A stretch of DNA of 64,000 nucleotides from a virus, in IMG/VR virus record IMGVR_UViG_3300005676_000004, one strand, 5' to 3'. This document shows, piece after piece, positions 25,607 through 34,806 of the stretch. The position numbers and the translations under genes are program-made. The notes beneath the pieces are model-generated. The model was not told the origin of the DNA. It searched no databases and worked only from the letters and a program-made list of their open reading frames with translations. Each line of letters starts with the position of its first letter. The first letter of the stretch is position 1.

Positions 25607-26110
25607 ATGGGAACGAGATCAATCGTCTCAATCAATAAAAATGGACGACAATATGCCGAAATCTATAAGCACTATGATGGATACCCCAACAACATGTTAT
25701 TTCTTATTGCTCGTGGGTTAATGTGTACGTTTGAAGATGGACGGCAAGAAGTTGAGGAGATTGTACCGAAGGTGCTGTTCGGACTAATGTCGGGGTTTGC
25801 AACGACACATTTGGAGTATCCAGACAGTGGCGACGTGAGGCTATTTTACTATGACATGAACGGTAGACCACTTCCACCTCCCCCTGACGTGTGGGAAGAG
25901 TACACCTTTCACATCAACCTTCTTGACAGCGGGGCGTTTGAAATTCAATTTTCAGATGGCAACCGTAAACACTCATTCACTCTCCCGAGTAGGGTCGGAG
26001 CATCAAATTCCTCAGAGATAGAGGCTAACTGGCACACAATTATCAGTGGAGTGCTTCTAGGGTGCCGTCATCCCGTGCTTCACAAATCACGCATTTTTCA
26101 CTGGGATTGA
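25607..26110 (+). CDS. conserved phage protein (MGTRS..IYxHYDGYP)
   Basis: N-terminal motif common in phage early genes; GAGG RBS. Confidence 0.7.
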   Translation: MGTRSIVSINKNGRQYAEIYKHYDGYPNNMLFLIARGLMCTFEDGRQEVEEIVPKVLFGLMSGFATTHLEYPDSGDVRLFYYDMNGRPLPPPPDVWEEYTFHINLLDSGAFEIQFSDGNRKHSFTLPSRVGASNSSEIEANWHTIISGVLLGCRHPVLHKSRIFHWD

Positions 26111-26117
26111 ATTAAAT

Positions 26118-26146
26118 TTGCATTTTACGTGCGACGTTCGTATATT
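26118..26146 (+). promoter_or_regulatory. sigma70-like promoter
   Basis: TTGCAT-N17-TATATT upstream of ATG 26178. Confidence 0.6.
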
Positions 26147-26177
26147 GCCTCAAAACACTACAACGGAGTTAAGGAAC

Positions 26178-26531
26178 ATGGGCAAGATTGTAAACATTTC
26201 ACACGATACGATCGTCTTTGACGACGGACATACACTCTACGCATACCACGACAGAGATTGCTGTGAACACCATTGGCTGCAATTTGATTACGTGGATATT
26301 GACGAAGTGAAAGGGTTGGAGTTTGACTTAAACCCAGACGGGTCATTTTTTGAGCGGGTGGATGGGTATGGTATCCGTTTGGTGTCGACTAATGGACACG
26401 CTGTATCAATACCAGGGTATGGCTCAAACAACGGTTACTACTCATCAAACATCACCTTAGTGTTAGTGAGACCTGATGATACGTCGTTGAAATGGGACGT
26501 CTCGGAGTGCCAACAGGAAGAAGATAGGTAG
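26178..26531 (+). CDS. conserved phage protein (HxxDCCE...GxxNGYYS; DUF7448-like)
   Basis: YHDRDCCEHHWL..GYGSNNGYYSS. Confidence 0.7.
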   Translation: MGKIVNISHDTIVFDDGHTLYAYHDRDCCEHHWLQFDYVDIDEVKGLEFDLNPDGSFFERVDGYGIRLVSTNGHAVSIPGYGSNNGYYSSNITLVLVRPDDTSLKWDVSECQQEEDR

Positions 26532-26536
26532 TAACC

Positions 26537-26791
26537 GTGAAGACCATCGAAGAGATGAAGAGAGAAGCTATGCTGACTCCACTGCGGTTGGTGGACCCAC
26601 AGCCACCCGAAACGCTACCAGCGGAAGGTATCGTATTTGTACTCGATGCGAATGGTAGCTTATGGGATGACTTTGCTAAGTACATACATGAATATTTCAC
26701 AGAATATAAAATCATAGCATGGTCATACACCGCAACACACGAACCGCAAGAGCCTACTCAACATGAGATCAAGACGAAAGGGTGGATATGA
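26537..26791 (+). CDS. hypothetical protein, family F6 (LRL..P.ETLP...AWSYTAT)
   Basis: Dispersed paralog of the 37967-38859 array. Confidence 0.7.
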   Translation: MKTIEEMKREAMLTPLRLVDPQPPETLPAEGIVFVLDANGSLWDDFAKYIHEYFTEYKIIAWSYTATHEPQEPTQHEIKTKGWI

Positions 26792-27156
26792 CCAATCAAT
26801 CAGTATTCAACAAAGTCGTTAAACACCTTCTAACACAAAAAGAACGCAGCGTGGACGATGATGATAAATGTATGTATTACGGCCCAAAAGGAAGGAAATG
26901 CGCTATTGGTGTGCTTATTCCACGACATGAATATGATCCTTACATGGAAGGATTAACTATTTATGATCTTTTAGGATACTCTACCGAGTTCGGCTGGGAT
27001 TTTCCATTTGATAATCCTCGTGTAAACATAGACTTATTAGACGATTTACGAGAAGTTCATGACGTACACCCTGTTTACGAATGGTACAAACTTTTAAAAT
27101 CACTTGCTAAAAAATATAATCTAAAGTTCAACCCACCGAAGGAATACCAACGATGA
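26788..27156 (+). CDS. hypothetical protein, family F3
   Basis: QSVFNKVVKHLLTQKERS..CMYYG..GRKCAIGVLIP..HD. Confidence 0.75.
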   Translation: MTNQSVFNKVVKHLLTQKERSVDDDDKCMYYGPKGRKCAIGVLIPRHEYDPYMEGLTIYDLLGYSTEFGWDFPFDNPRVNIDLLDDLREVHDVHPVYEWYKLLKSLAKKYNLKFNPPKEYQR

Positions 27157-27524
27157 CACCCCAAGAAGCATTTACGAAGTCGGTGGTGCATACCTTGCAA
27201 CAAGGAAAGAGATCAACGCGATTGATGCCGTATTCAGCAAAAAAGGTATGCGCTTACCGAGGAGACAATGGACTTAAATGCGCCATCGGTGCATTGATAC
27301 CAGATAACGAATATATACCCGAGATGGAAGGTAATTTAATAATTGATAATTTTAGACGTGGCTTCATTCCACCATCGTTGGCTGGATTTGAAGATATATG
27401 GCTGTTATCATCAATTCAATCCGTACACGATAATGAGGATGTATCGGAGTGGGAAAACGGGTTTCGTAGAGTTGCTCACGTATACAATCTTATCTTTCCA
27501 GATTTTAAGTTGAGGTCAGCATGA
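27153..27524 (+). CDS. hypothetical protein, family F3
   Basis: QEAFTKSVVHTLQQGKRS..CAYRGDNGLKCAIGALIPD..HD. Confidence 0.75.
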   Translation: MTPQEAFTKSVVHTLQQGKRSTRLMPYSAKKVCAYRGDNGLKCAIGALIPDNEYIPEMEGNLIIDNFRRGFIPPSLAGFEDIWLLSSIQSVHDNEDVSEWENGFRRVAHVYNLIFPDFKLRSA

Positions 27525-27958
27525 CAAACCAAGAAATATTTGAGATTGCCGTATGGCACTTTCTCTACAATAAGAGGTATGAAACATCAATGGATATAAA
27601 ACCATTGGAGAAGACACCTGATATGGACATTCATTCGTTTGATCACCATGTCAGCATAACAGAACGATACAAATTCCTTCCTAAGTACAAGTATAGATAC
27701 AACGGTAAAATTGAACCACGTTGTAGTTTTATTAGTCTCCTCATCTTAGACGAGTCGTATACACCCGAGATGGATGGTAAGACGGTAAAACAGCTTATAA
27801 CTGAAGGGCTGTGGCAACCTAGATTCACTGATGCAAATATATCTTTACTTGAGGCTCTTCAAGAAAGTCAAGTATCAGGTGATCTGCCACAATGGGAAGA
27901 AAATCTCCATAATGTTGCTACGACATTTCAATTGGAGTTTATAGAATGGAGTTCATAG
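27521..27958 (+). CDS. hypothetical protein, divergent family F3
   Basis: QEIFEIAVWHFL..RC..LI.DESYTPEMDG..WEE.L..VA..F.L. Confidence 0.65.
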   Translation: MTNQEIFEIAVWHFLYNKRYETSMDIKPLEKTPDMDIHSFDHHVSITERYKFLPKYKYRYNGKIEPRCSFISLLILDESYTPEMDGKTVKQLITEGLWQPRFTDANISLLEALQESQVSGDLPQWEENLHNVATTFQLEFIEWSS

Positions 27959-27961
27959 AAG

Positions 27962-28222
27962 ATGCTAAATAACGACTACACCAAAATCATGAGTAAAATT
28001 CAAGTATTATGGAAACTCGTTGAGGATCGCACGAAAACGGGATCAATATGTGTGTACGTTTCACGGGACATCTTAAATTGTCAAACCGTGTCTCCACACC
28101 CCGAGGGATTCTTGTACGACAAAACAAATACACTCATACGACTTGAAGAATGCCAAGAACCATTGACGCCAGAAGGAATTTTAATGCATTTGTTACACAA
28201 CAGTCAGGAGAAGACAACATGA
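27962..28222 (+). CDS. hypothetical protein
   Basis: 86 aa ORF. Confidence 0.6.
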   Translation: MLNNDYTKIMSKIQVLWKLVEDRTKTGSICVYVSRDILNCQTVSPHPEGFLYDKTNTLIRLEECQEPLTPEGILMHLLHNSQEKTT

Positions 28223-28407
28223 AAACACTACTAATTCTCATCACCGCCCTGTTGTTAACTGGATGTTACAACCGTGGGGAAAAAGTTGAAGATACTGGCG
28301 CATGGATATTGCGCGTACGAGATTGCGAATACGTTCGCGTATTTGATCGTGCTATCGTTCACGCTGGAGATTGTAGTAACCCTAAGCACAAGGAACAACT
28401 GAAATGA
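28219..28407 (+). CDS. small lipoprotein
   Basis: MKTLLILITALLLTGC lipobox; CEYV..HAGDCSNP.H; GGAG RBS. Confidence 0.7.
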   Translation: MKTLLILITALLLTGCYNRGEKVEDTGAWILRVRDCEYVRVFDRAIVHAGDCSNPKHKEQLK

Positions 28408-28616
28408 AATCATTGCTAATAATTGTTACTTGTCTAGTATTGTCGGGTTGTGTTCAACGTGAACCATCTCACAAAGAGCTACATAACGATTTGAGCCATG
28501 TAACAAAAATCAAGGTAGATAATTGTCAGTACGTCGTGTTTGAAAGTTACAGATCAGGCGGTATCACTCATGCCGGAGATTGTAGTAACCCTGCGCACAA
28601 GGAACAGCCAAAATGA
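28404..28616 (+). CDS. small lipoprotein (paralog of the previous gene)
   Basis: MKSLLIIVTCLVLSGC; CQYV..HAGDCSNP.H. Confidence 0.7.
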   Translation: MKSLLIIVTCLVLSGCVQREPSHKELHNDLSHVTKIKVDNCQYVVFESYRSGGITHAGDCSNPAHKEQPK

Positions 28617-29005
28617 AGCTGTGCAAGGATTGTAAACATGTAAAGAGGGGTGTTCTCCCACTAGATATTTCCGCCCCGATTGCGGTTTGCGAAGCAGTGT
28701 CGTTAACTGACATTGATTATGTCAATGGCGATAAGGTTATAATAGAATCTGTGACTTGTTGGGATGCAAGGAAAGAAGGTGCGAAATGCGGCCCAGAGGG
28801 AAAACTCTTTGAGCTACGAGAGCCTCTTAACCTTCACCCCATTGTCAAGACTAGCATATCGCCTTCGCGGATAGATCGTGTTATGAACATTGCCCATCGA
28901 ATTACTGGTTGGCTGTATGGTAACTTTGATCTAATCATGTACGTGGTAGCCTCATTCTTAATGATCATCTTCATTATTGTTCTATTCACGTCGGTGACAC
29001 CGTGA
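28613..29005 (+). CDS. Cys-rich protein with C-terminal TM helix
   Basis: MKLCKDCKH..C..C..R...CGPEG. Confidence 0.65.
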   Translation: MKLCKDCKHVKRGVLPLDISAPIAVCEAVSLTDIDYVNGDKVIIESVTCWDARKEGAKCGPEGKLFELREPLNLHPIVKTSISPSRIDRVMNIAHRITGWLYGNFDLIMYVVASFLMIIFIIVLFTSVTP

Positions 29006-29205
29006 AACTTTGCAAGAATTGTAAATATTACGCTGGAGAGCGACAGTGTGCCAATAGCGATGACTGCTATTTAGGATGTGTTCATCCTAAGGCTATTGAA
29101 ATTGACATTGTAACTGGCGTCGGGAGAATGGCCGATGCAAGAGAACAACGGGAGTCATTCTTCAAATGCGGTCCATTTGGTAGACGATGGGAACCGAAGC
29201 GGTGA
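29002..29205 (+). CDS. Cys-rich small protein (paralog of the previous N-terminal domain)
   Basis: MKLCKNCKY..C..R...CGPFG. Confidence 0.6.
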   Translation: MKLCKNCKYYAGERQCANSDDCYLGCVHPKAIEIDIVTGVGRMADAREQRESFFKCGPFGRRWEPKR

Positions 29206-29289
29206 CAAAGTACAACTTGATGTGATACAAAACGCAACATGTCAACAGGCACGATCAGCGAGACACCTTTGCGGCAAAGATGGTAAATT

Positions 29290-29655
29290 ATGGGAGACGA
29301 AATGAATACCAAGACAATTGATGTATGGGCTGAAAATGACATCTATGAGAACCTTGACGAAGACGGTTTTCTTTATGATGGTATTGGTACTATTGCAAAG
29401 TCTAATAGTATTCCCGTTACCGTTATAAATGGTCATCTTTCGGAGTCGCTGAGGTGGCGGAAGGTGGGGGAGGAGGTTCTTGACGGTAATCAATTTTACG
29501 TCGTGAATGGTGTTGGCGTTTGCAGTGTCGACCTTGACACAGTAGATGGACCATACTGGGTCATAAAAGCACTTGACAACATGATGCTTTGCGAAGCCGA
29601 CGACACTTACCGCCCAGCCATCCCTGGCATCGATTACGTGGAGGGGGAGGTATGA
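29290..29655 (+). CDS. hypothetical protein
   Basis: 121 aa ORF. Confidence 0.6.
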   Translation: MGDEMNTKTIDVWAENDIYENLDEDGFLYDGIGTIAKSNSIPVTVINGHLSESLRWRKVGEEVLDGNQFYVVNGVGVCSVDLDTVDGPYWVIKALDNMMLCEADDTYRPAIPGIDYVEGEV

Positions 29656-29936
29656 TCGAAGACATGTTCACCCAATTCCGCGACGACAACGGCAACCGGA
29701 CGGGAGTAACGTGGCCCGCCACCCCTACCGAAATCTCCGCCGCCCATCCGAAATGTAAGAGCTGTGATCATTGCGAAGTTCACGTACACCTTGCAGGGGG
29801 AGGAGCTATCTATGAGTGTTCACCACCCGAAGAAATAGATGGATTTCCTATGCGTGGGCAGACTGTTTTTCCCGCTAGTGATTACTGTCGTCTTCACAGT
29901 GAGTTAATGAAAGGTAAACAAGATGACAAAGGATGA
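29652..29936 (+). CDS. Cys-rich small protein
   Basis: CKSCDHC..C..DYC; GGAGG RBS before ATG 29652. Confidence 0.65.
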   Translation: MIEDMFTQFRDDNGNRTGVTWPATPTEISAAHPKCKSCDHCEVHVHLAGGGAIYECSPPEEIDGFPMRGQTVFPASDYCRLHSELMKGKQDDKG

Positions 29937-30192
29937 GATAATTAAAGAGCTGAAGAATTTATCGTGGGCGTACCAACAGGCAATGTCTACACCTAATTGG
30001 CGGCAAGATTGCTGGATATCCGACATGCTCGCTGAAGCGGCGGGTATGATAGAATCCTACGACGAACGCAAGATCATCAATGATTTTATTGCGAAGGTTG
30101 AAGCAATAGCTCTTGTCCCGATGGGCTTTTCGTACGTCGCTCACTATGAGGGAATGAAGAAGTTACAGCGAGAGATGAACAATGAAGCGTAA
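29923..30192 (+). CDS. hypothetical protein
   Basis: 89 aa ORF. Confidence 0.6.
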   Translation: MTKDEIIKELKNLSWAYQQAMSTPNWRQDCWISDMLAEAAGMIESYDERKIINDFIAKVEAIALVPMGFSYVAHYEGMKKLQREMNNEA

Positions 30193-30484
30193 AACAATAG
30201 AGGAGGCTGCAATCGCATACGTGGCTGCCTATAACACCCGTAAAGCTGCAAAGCAGGCGTTACGCAATTGGTTTAATGATAACAGTGACGGCGGTGAAAG
30301 CTATCCTTGTATCCACGGTAGAGAGCGAGCTTGCTTCAAAGGAGCACACCGCGATGAGTATTGCGAGTATTGTGTTGAACACCACCGTTTATATGAGGCT
30401 TACTATGTAACGATAGCAAAACAACAAGCGCGATTGAAAACATTGGATAGAGCTGTAAACAGAACAGAAGGAATACATACGTAG
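30182..30484 (+). CDS. Cys-containing helical-hairpin protein (pair with next)
   Basis: AAIAYV..RKAAK.AL..YPC..ACF..YC..C. Confidence 0.7.
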   Translation: MKRKTIEEAAIAYVAAYNTRKAAKQALRNWFNDNSDGGESYPCIHGRERACFKGAHRDEYCEYCVEHHRLYEAYYVTIAKQQARLKTLDRAVNRTEGIHT

Positions 30485-30489
30485 GAGAC

Positions 30490-31017
30490 ATGATGGATGA
30501 CTATAAAGGTTTAGAAGTAGTTGATATTCACCACAACGTTGAGGCAAATATCACGATACGAAAACAAATCATAGAGGAGTTGGGACGACTGTGTCTTATA
30601 TTTTATTACAAGGCATGTGCTCCGTTCTTAACAAACACTAAGTATTTTGAGCACATAAGGTCGTCAAGAGTACTCCGATATGCCATTGAATTGATTGAAT
30701 CTTTTGAGGAAGGCGTTATCATTCAAGACGCCGCAATTGCATATGTCAAGGCGCGGAATGCACGAAAGGCGGCGAAAGAAGCATTACAACAATGGTGTGA
30801 AGAAAACAAGTTTGAAGACGGAGATTACCCGTGTGTTAACTACTACAAAGGTCAAGCATGTTTTCAACAAAATTTACCAACAGCCGACTACTGTGACCTA
30901 TGCAACACTAGACAACCTCTATACCATACGTATAGACAAGCCGCCGCGAAACAACAAGATGCATTAAGAACTTTGGATAATTTAGTAAACAAAACAACTA
31001 TAAGAGAAATACAATGA
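30490..31017 (+). CDS. hypothetical protein; C-terminal half paralogous to 30182-30484
   Basis: Same motif series in the C-terminal ~100 aa. Confidence 0.7.
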   Translation: MMDDYKGLEVVDIHHNVEANITIRKQIIEELGRLCLIFYYKACAPFLTNTKYFEHIRSSRVLRYAIELIESFEEGVIIQDAAIAYVKARNARKAAKEALQQWCEENKFEDGDYPCVNYYKGQACFQQNLPTADYCDLCNTRQPLYHTYRQAAAKQQDALRTLDNLVNKTTIREIQ

Positions 31018-31349
31018 ATAACTTCAAAGAAATAAGTAACGATGAACTTGCCAAATCAATAATTGATCTGACAAATGGCGGAGATGTATCAATTGCTCAC
31101 CTACACGAGGCCGCTCGACGTCTGTCGGCAATGCCACGTATCTACGACGTGGCAACGGGAGAGAGGCCAGAAGAAAACATATACGTTGATTGCATTGCGA
31201 TAGACGCGCACGGTGGATATATTATGGGAGAATACTTCTCCGAGAGATTTGACAGACACGATACGCTTGAAACGGTAGATTTGAACGAAGACGTCAAGTT
31301 CATGATCAAGATTCCCGACATCATCGCATGGGTAAAAGGAGATGGCTAA
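31014..31349 (+). CDS. hypothetical protein (pair with next)
   Basis: MNNFKEISNDELA..RRL..MP.IY. Confidence 0.7.
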   Translation: MNNFKEISNDELAKSIIDLTNGGDVSIAHLHEAARRLSAMPRIYDVATGERPEENIYVDCIAIDAHGGYIMGEYFSERFDRHDTLETVDLNEDVKFMIKIPDIIAWVKGDG

Positions 31350-31708
31350 TGGATAACTTCAAAGAAATAAGCAACGAAGAGCTTGCCATGCGTCTACCCG
31401 CACTCAACCCTGTTGATGAACTACAGAGTATGATTGTAAACGAGACAGGACGTAGACTTATGATGATGCCTAGTATCTACCACGCGCCGAGTGACTCAAG
31501 ACCAAAAAATGGGGCGGTAATTGTTGCATTTTTTACCGAACAAACTAGTCACAGTGGAGTTGTGTTGGGTAACTATGAATCGAAAACTGATAAGATCAGA
31601 GTAAATTTTATAAAGAAAGGGCAGGCATCCAAATATTCGTTCAACAATGTTGAATATTGGTGTTATGCTCATGACATGGCAGTATGGGTGAAAGGAGTAG
31701 TAAGATGA
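31349..31708 (+). CDS. hypothetical protein (pair with previous)
   Basis: MDNFKEISNEELA..RRLMMMPSIY; TAATG overlap. Confidence 0.7.
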   Translation: MDNFKEISNEELAMRLPALNPVDELQSMIVNETGRRLMMMPSIYHAPSDSRPKNGAVIVAFFTEQTSHSGVVLGNYESKTDKIRVNFIKKGQASKYSFNNVEYWCYAHDMAVWVKGVVR

Positions 31709-32028
31709 TTGAACTTGTAGTTGCACACTTCATTGGCGACTGGTTGCTGCAACCGAGATGGATGGGTGTGAGTAAGTCAACTCGTGTATCATCCCTGTTA
31801 GCACATTTAGCATTAGTTGCGTTACCACTGCTTGTAGTGTGCTTTATGCGAGGTACTCTACTGTGGCTTCCTATATATTTGATCCTGCATGGTATCCAGG
31901 ATTGGTTCATTTGGAGACTTGCTAAGCGATACATACCAGCAGATAACTGGTATAATGATAGTCGTTTTTGGCATACGGTTGGATTTGATCAATGCCTCCA
32001 CTACATAGCAATGGGATTGTTATTATGA
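31705..32028 (+). CDS. DUF3307-like membrane protein
   Basis: AHFIGDWLLQ..M..K..H...DQCLH; GGAG RBS. Confidence 0.7.
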   Translation: MIELVVAHFIGDWLLQPRWMGVSKSTRVSSLLAHLALVALPLLVVCFMRGTLLWLPIYLILHGIQDWFIWRLAKRYIPADNWYNDSRFWHTVGFDQCLHYIAMGLLL

Positions 32029-32065
32029 ACTTAGAACATTGCAGTGAGAAACGAGGTGATGACTT

Positions 32066-32581
32066 ATGACAGAGCAAACCACACACCTCAATGGTAGACC
32101 GATATTTGAGTCTGCAATAAAAGCTATTGTTGAAAACTTAGGTGGAGAGATACTTGACCTAAAAGATTACTTTTACCCGAAAGATCGTGAATGGTCGTTC
32201 ACGTACAAACCTTGGAATACTATTGACATCTCATTTTACGTGGAGATGTCATATTTTATCCCGACATTTTTGGAAGAAGATGTTAAAGTTGCTCAATTTC
32301 TGTTGCACATTACAGATACAAACCGACTTTATGAAGGCATGAATATACGGCGTTCGTTTCCGACCTACCCGCAGCAAATGAATATTGATCCGTTTCTTTT
32401 CCTCAACTTACACGTCGTTGATTTAGTGCAAAGTGCAATTATAAATTACACGATGCGGCACATCACGTCGTATTCAAGCATAACAAATGATTACTACGAA
32501 TTTGTTCGGAACGTTTTTGAAAACATTCGGCGGCTTGACATCGGATACAAATTTCCACCATTAAACTCAAAACAACAATGA
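32066..32581 (+). CDS. hypothetical protein (pair with next)
   Basis: LNG..FESA..FTYKPW..IDI. Confidence 0.7.
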   Translation: MTEQTTHLNGRPIFESAIKAIVENLGGEILDLKDYFYPKDREWSFTYKPWNTIDISFYVEMSYFIPTFLEEDVKVAQFLLHITDTNRLYEGMNIRRSFPTYPQQMNIDPFLFLNLHVVDLVQSAIINYTMRHITSYSSITNDYYEFVRNVFENIRRLDIGYKFPPLNSKQQ

Positions 32582-33489
32582 ATAACGACCAAAAACAATC
32601 TCAAACTTTGAACGGCACGGTAGTGTTTGAGTCAGCAGTTAATGAGATTTTTAAAGAATTTCATAAAAAAATCTGTAACAGACTTAAATCTCTAGACGGC
32701 AGTTATCCACACAAACATATTGAGACGTTCACATACAGACCTTGGAAAGCTATTGATATAGCGTTTGATGTGAAATTATCATATACCATCCATGGACCTT
32801 TTGAACATCTTGACACTGAGGAAGAGGACTATGACGAAATTGTGGACGAAATTGCAGATTTTGAGGTGTCTATAGTAGATACGAACTCCATGTTTGAGGA
32901 ACAAACAATTAATCATTATGTCATGGATGTTAAAAAGTTTATTAACTGGGGACGAATCTACCGCATAGAACTAGGCGTCCTTGACATGATTCAAGCCATT
33001 GTCCTAAACTACACACTGCAATTTATTATAGATAGTAACTACATCTCCCCCGAAAATGTAAGACTATGCAATCAATTACAAGAAGCACTAATTCATTTTG
33101 ATGAAAAACTTTTTACTGACAATGAATGTGTAGAACCTTCAAAGGTAGTATATGATTACCTCTCGTTCGCTGAACGGTTTGCGATGTTTAGGAGGAGTTT
33201 TCCGGATGTAAACAAAAAGAACCTCACAGAGTTAGTAGAGCGTGTGAAAGATATGAACCCTAGTTTTCTCTGGGGCGTAGGGGGTGAAGTGGAGATTGTG
33301 TTTGACTTAATCCGAAAAAATGAATCGTCGGATACTGTCATAATTTTCAAAACTGTAATTGTTTGGTTTGACACTGATGGTAACATGACGCTCACCGACG
33401 TGTGGTTTCAGCCGGATAAGGAAGATGGTATCCCGTTTTCAGACGTTGACGCACTGTTTCAATACTTTCAGCAACCGTACACGGTGTAG
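32578..33489 (+). CDS. hypothetical protein (N-terminal part paralogous to previous)
   Basis: LNG..FESA..FTYRPW..IDI. Confidence 0.75.
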   Translation: MNNDQKQSQTLNGTVVFESAVNEIFKEFHKKICNRLKSLDGSYPHKHIETFTYRPWKAIDIAFDVKLSYTIHGPFEHLDTEEEDYDEIVDEIADFEVSIVDTNSMFEEQTINHYVMDVKKFINWGRIYRIELGVLDMIQAIVLNYTLQFIIDSNYISPENVRLCNQLQEALIHFDEKLFTDNECVEPSKVVYDYLSFAERFAMFRRSFPDVNKKNLTELVERVKDMNPSFLWGVGGEVEIVFDLIRKNESSDTVIIFKTVIVWFDTDGNMTLTDVWFQPDKEDGIPFSDVDALFQYFQQPYTV

Positions 33490-33517
33490 CTGAATACGAA
33501 AAAAAATGTCAAGGAAA

Positions 33518-33544
33518 GTGAATCTTTTGTGCAGATTTGGCGTA
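33518..33544 (+). promoter_or_regulatory. ECF-sigma-type promoter motif
   Basis: G-TGAATC-TTTT..N16-CGTA, 32 nt upstream of ATG 33576. Confidence 0.55.
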
Positions 33545-33575
33545 TATTGCTCAAAACTTCACAGGAGATTACAAC

Positions 33576-34031
33576 ATGTTTTCGGACTTCACAGCACTCA
33601 AACCAAGACAATTCCGAAAGTTTAGCGGACTAGATCGCAGCGATGCGGTTGCGCTGAAGGATGAATTGTCCGCTAAACTCTCGGAAGTGTATGCCAAGAT
33701 TGCAGACGACCCCACTAACATTGAACTCATACGGTTAGTAGATGTCCTAGATGCAGACTTAGGGGCGGTGAATACGTATATTCACCTAGAATACTACCGT
33801 TACACCACCGTTGAATCCATAGACCGTCGTATTGAATGTATAGAAGACGACCTCCAGCGAATACGAAACGAGTATGCTGAGGTTGAGGATGCGGTTAATA
33901 GTTTGGGACTTACTGACTCATGCCGAGAGGATCACCTTTTCTATGCCACAGGTCGCCTTGAATATGAACTGGAAGTTATGCAAATTCTTCGCAAGAACGT
34001 CCTAAAAACTCGCAATCGAAAACAACGATAA
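33576..34031 (+). CDS. coiled-coil hypothetical protein
   Basis: GGAG RBS; helical heptads. Confidence 0.7.
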   Translation: MFSDFTALKPRQFRKFSGLDRSDAVALKDELSAKLSEVYAKIADDPTNIELIRLVDVLDADLGAVNTYIHLEYYRYTTVESIDRRIECIEDDLQRIRNEYAEVEDAVNSLGLTDSCREDHLFYATGRLEYELEVMQILRKNVLKTRNRKQR

Positions 34032-34036
34032 CGTGC

Positions 34037-34076
34037 CTGCTCGTGGTAAGTATTTTTTCGTATTTACCACGAGCAG
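34037..34076 (+). terminator. hairpin terminator
   Basis: CTGCTCGTGGTAA / TTACCACGAGCAG 13-bp perfect stem just after stop 34031. Confidence 0.6.
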
Positions 34077-34077
34077 T

Positions 34078-34106
34078 TTGTGCGTTTCACGAATAATTCG
34101 TATAAT
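34078..34106 (+). promoter_or_regulatory. sigma70-like promoter for the F1 array
   Basis: TTGTGC-N17-TATAAT. Confidence 0.55.
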
Positions 34107-34171
34107 CGCTGTCGCTACTCGGTATGTAGCTAATTTACAAGTCTTCTTGATCAACACTTTGGAACACTCAC

Positions 34172-34771
34172 GTGAAATGTACACAACCGAATCGTGGGGA
34201 GAAATATTGGTTTCTCAACGGTGATGGGGACGTCTGGAAAGCGATATGGAAAGATTCTGTTGCCGACGGCAAACGTTTTCGCATCGGAAACGTTTTCTTA
34301 ACAGAAAGTGCGGCGGAGACTCATCGTGATCTTTTACATCGGATAGCCGCTGAAGAAGTTATTCTCGTTGAAGTTCCTACTAACATGAAATGTGTGAACA
34401 TTGAGCATTCAGATCACACCTTTTCAGATGAAACGGTTGGTAAGGCAGTTCGTGTGGAGTTCAGACAAAAGTTCAAGCCTCCTACTCAATGTTACGTGCA
34501 TATCTATGAAGTATCTCATCATGGGAAGCCAGATGACTCACGTCATTGGGACTTCTTAGGGGATAGTGAAGAATTTTACATTTACCTTGATGATATTGAA
34601 TTTCTTAACAACCAACCAGATTCCGATGGTGGTAGTATGCTAGAAGATTTTGAAGGTTTCAATACATCGTTAAGGAAACAAGAATCTTTTAAGTTAGCTC
34701 CCCATTTTACTGAAATGGATCATGATCATGCGGAGGAGGACGGATTTTTTCCAGAATTTGCACCCTTTTAA
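34172..34771 (+). CDS. hypothetical protein, family F1
   Basis: QPNRGEKYW..W..RFRIGNVFLT..VILVEVP..HGKPD. Confidence 0.7.
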   Translation: MKCTQPNRGEKYWFLNGDGDVWKAIWKDSVADGKRFRIGNVFLTESAAETHRDLLHRIAAEEVILVEVPTNMKCVNIEHSDHTFSDETVGKAVRVEFRQKFKPPTQCYVHIYEVSHHGKPDDSRHWDFLGDSEEFYIYLDDIEFLNNQPDSDGGSMLEDFEGFNTSLRKQESFKLAPHFTEMDHDHAEEDGFFPEFAPF

Positions 34772-34806
34772 CTTCACAAAACGAACACATCTCAATTGGA
34801 ACAGCT

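Noticed and set aside
32703-32711. Perfect DnaA box TTATCCACA
   Set aside because: Single 9-mer inside a coding sequence; expected by chance at this length
34085-34177. parS-like fragments GTTTCACG and TCACGTGAAA
   Set aside because: Only 8-10 of 16 positions match; not palindromic full sites
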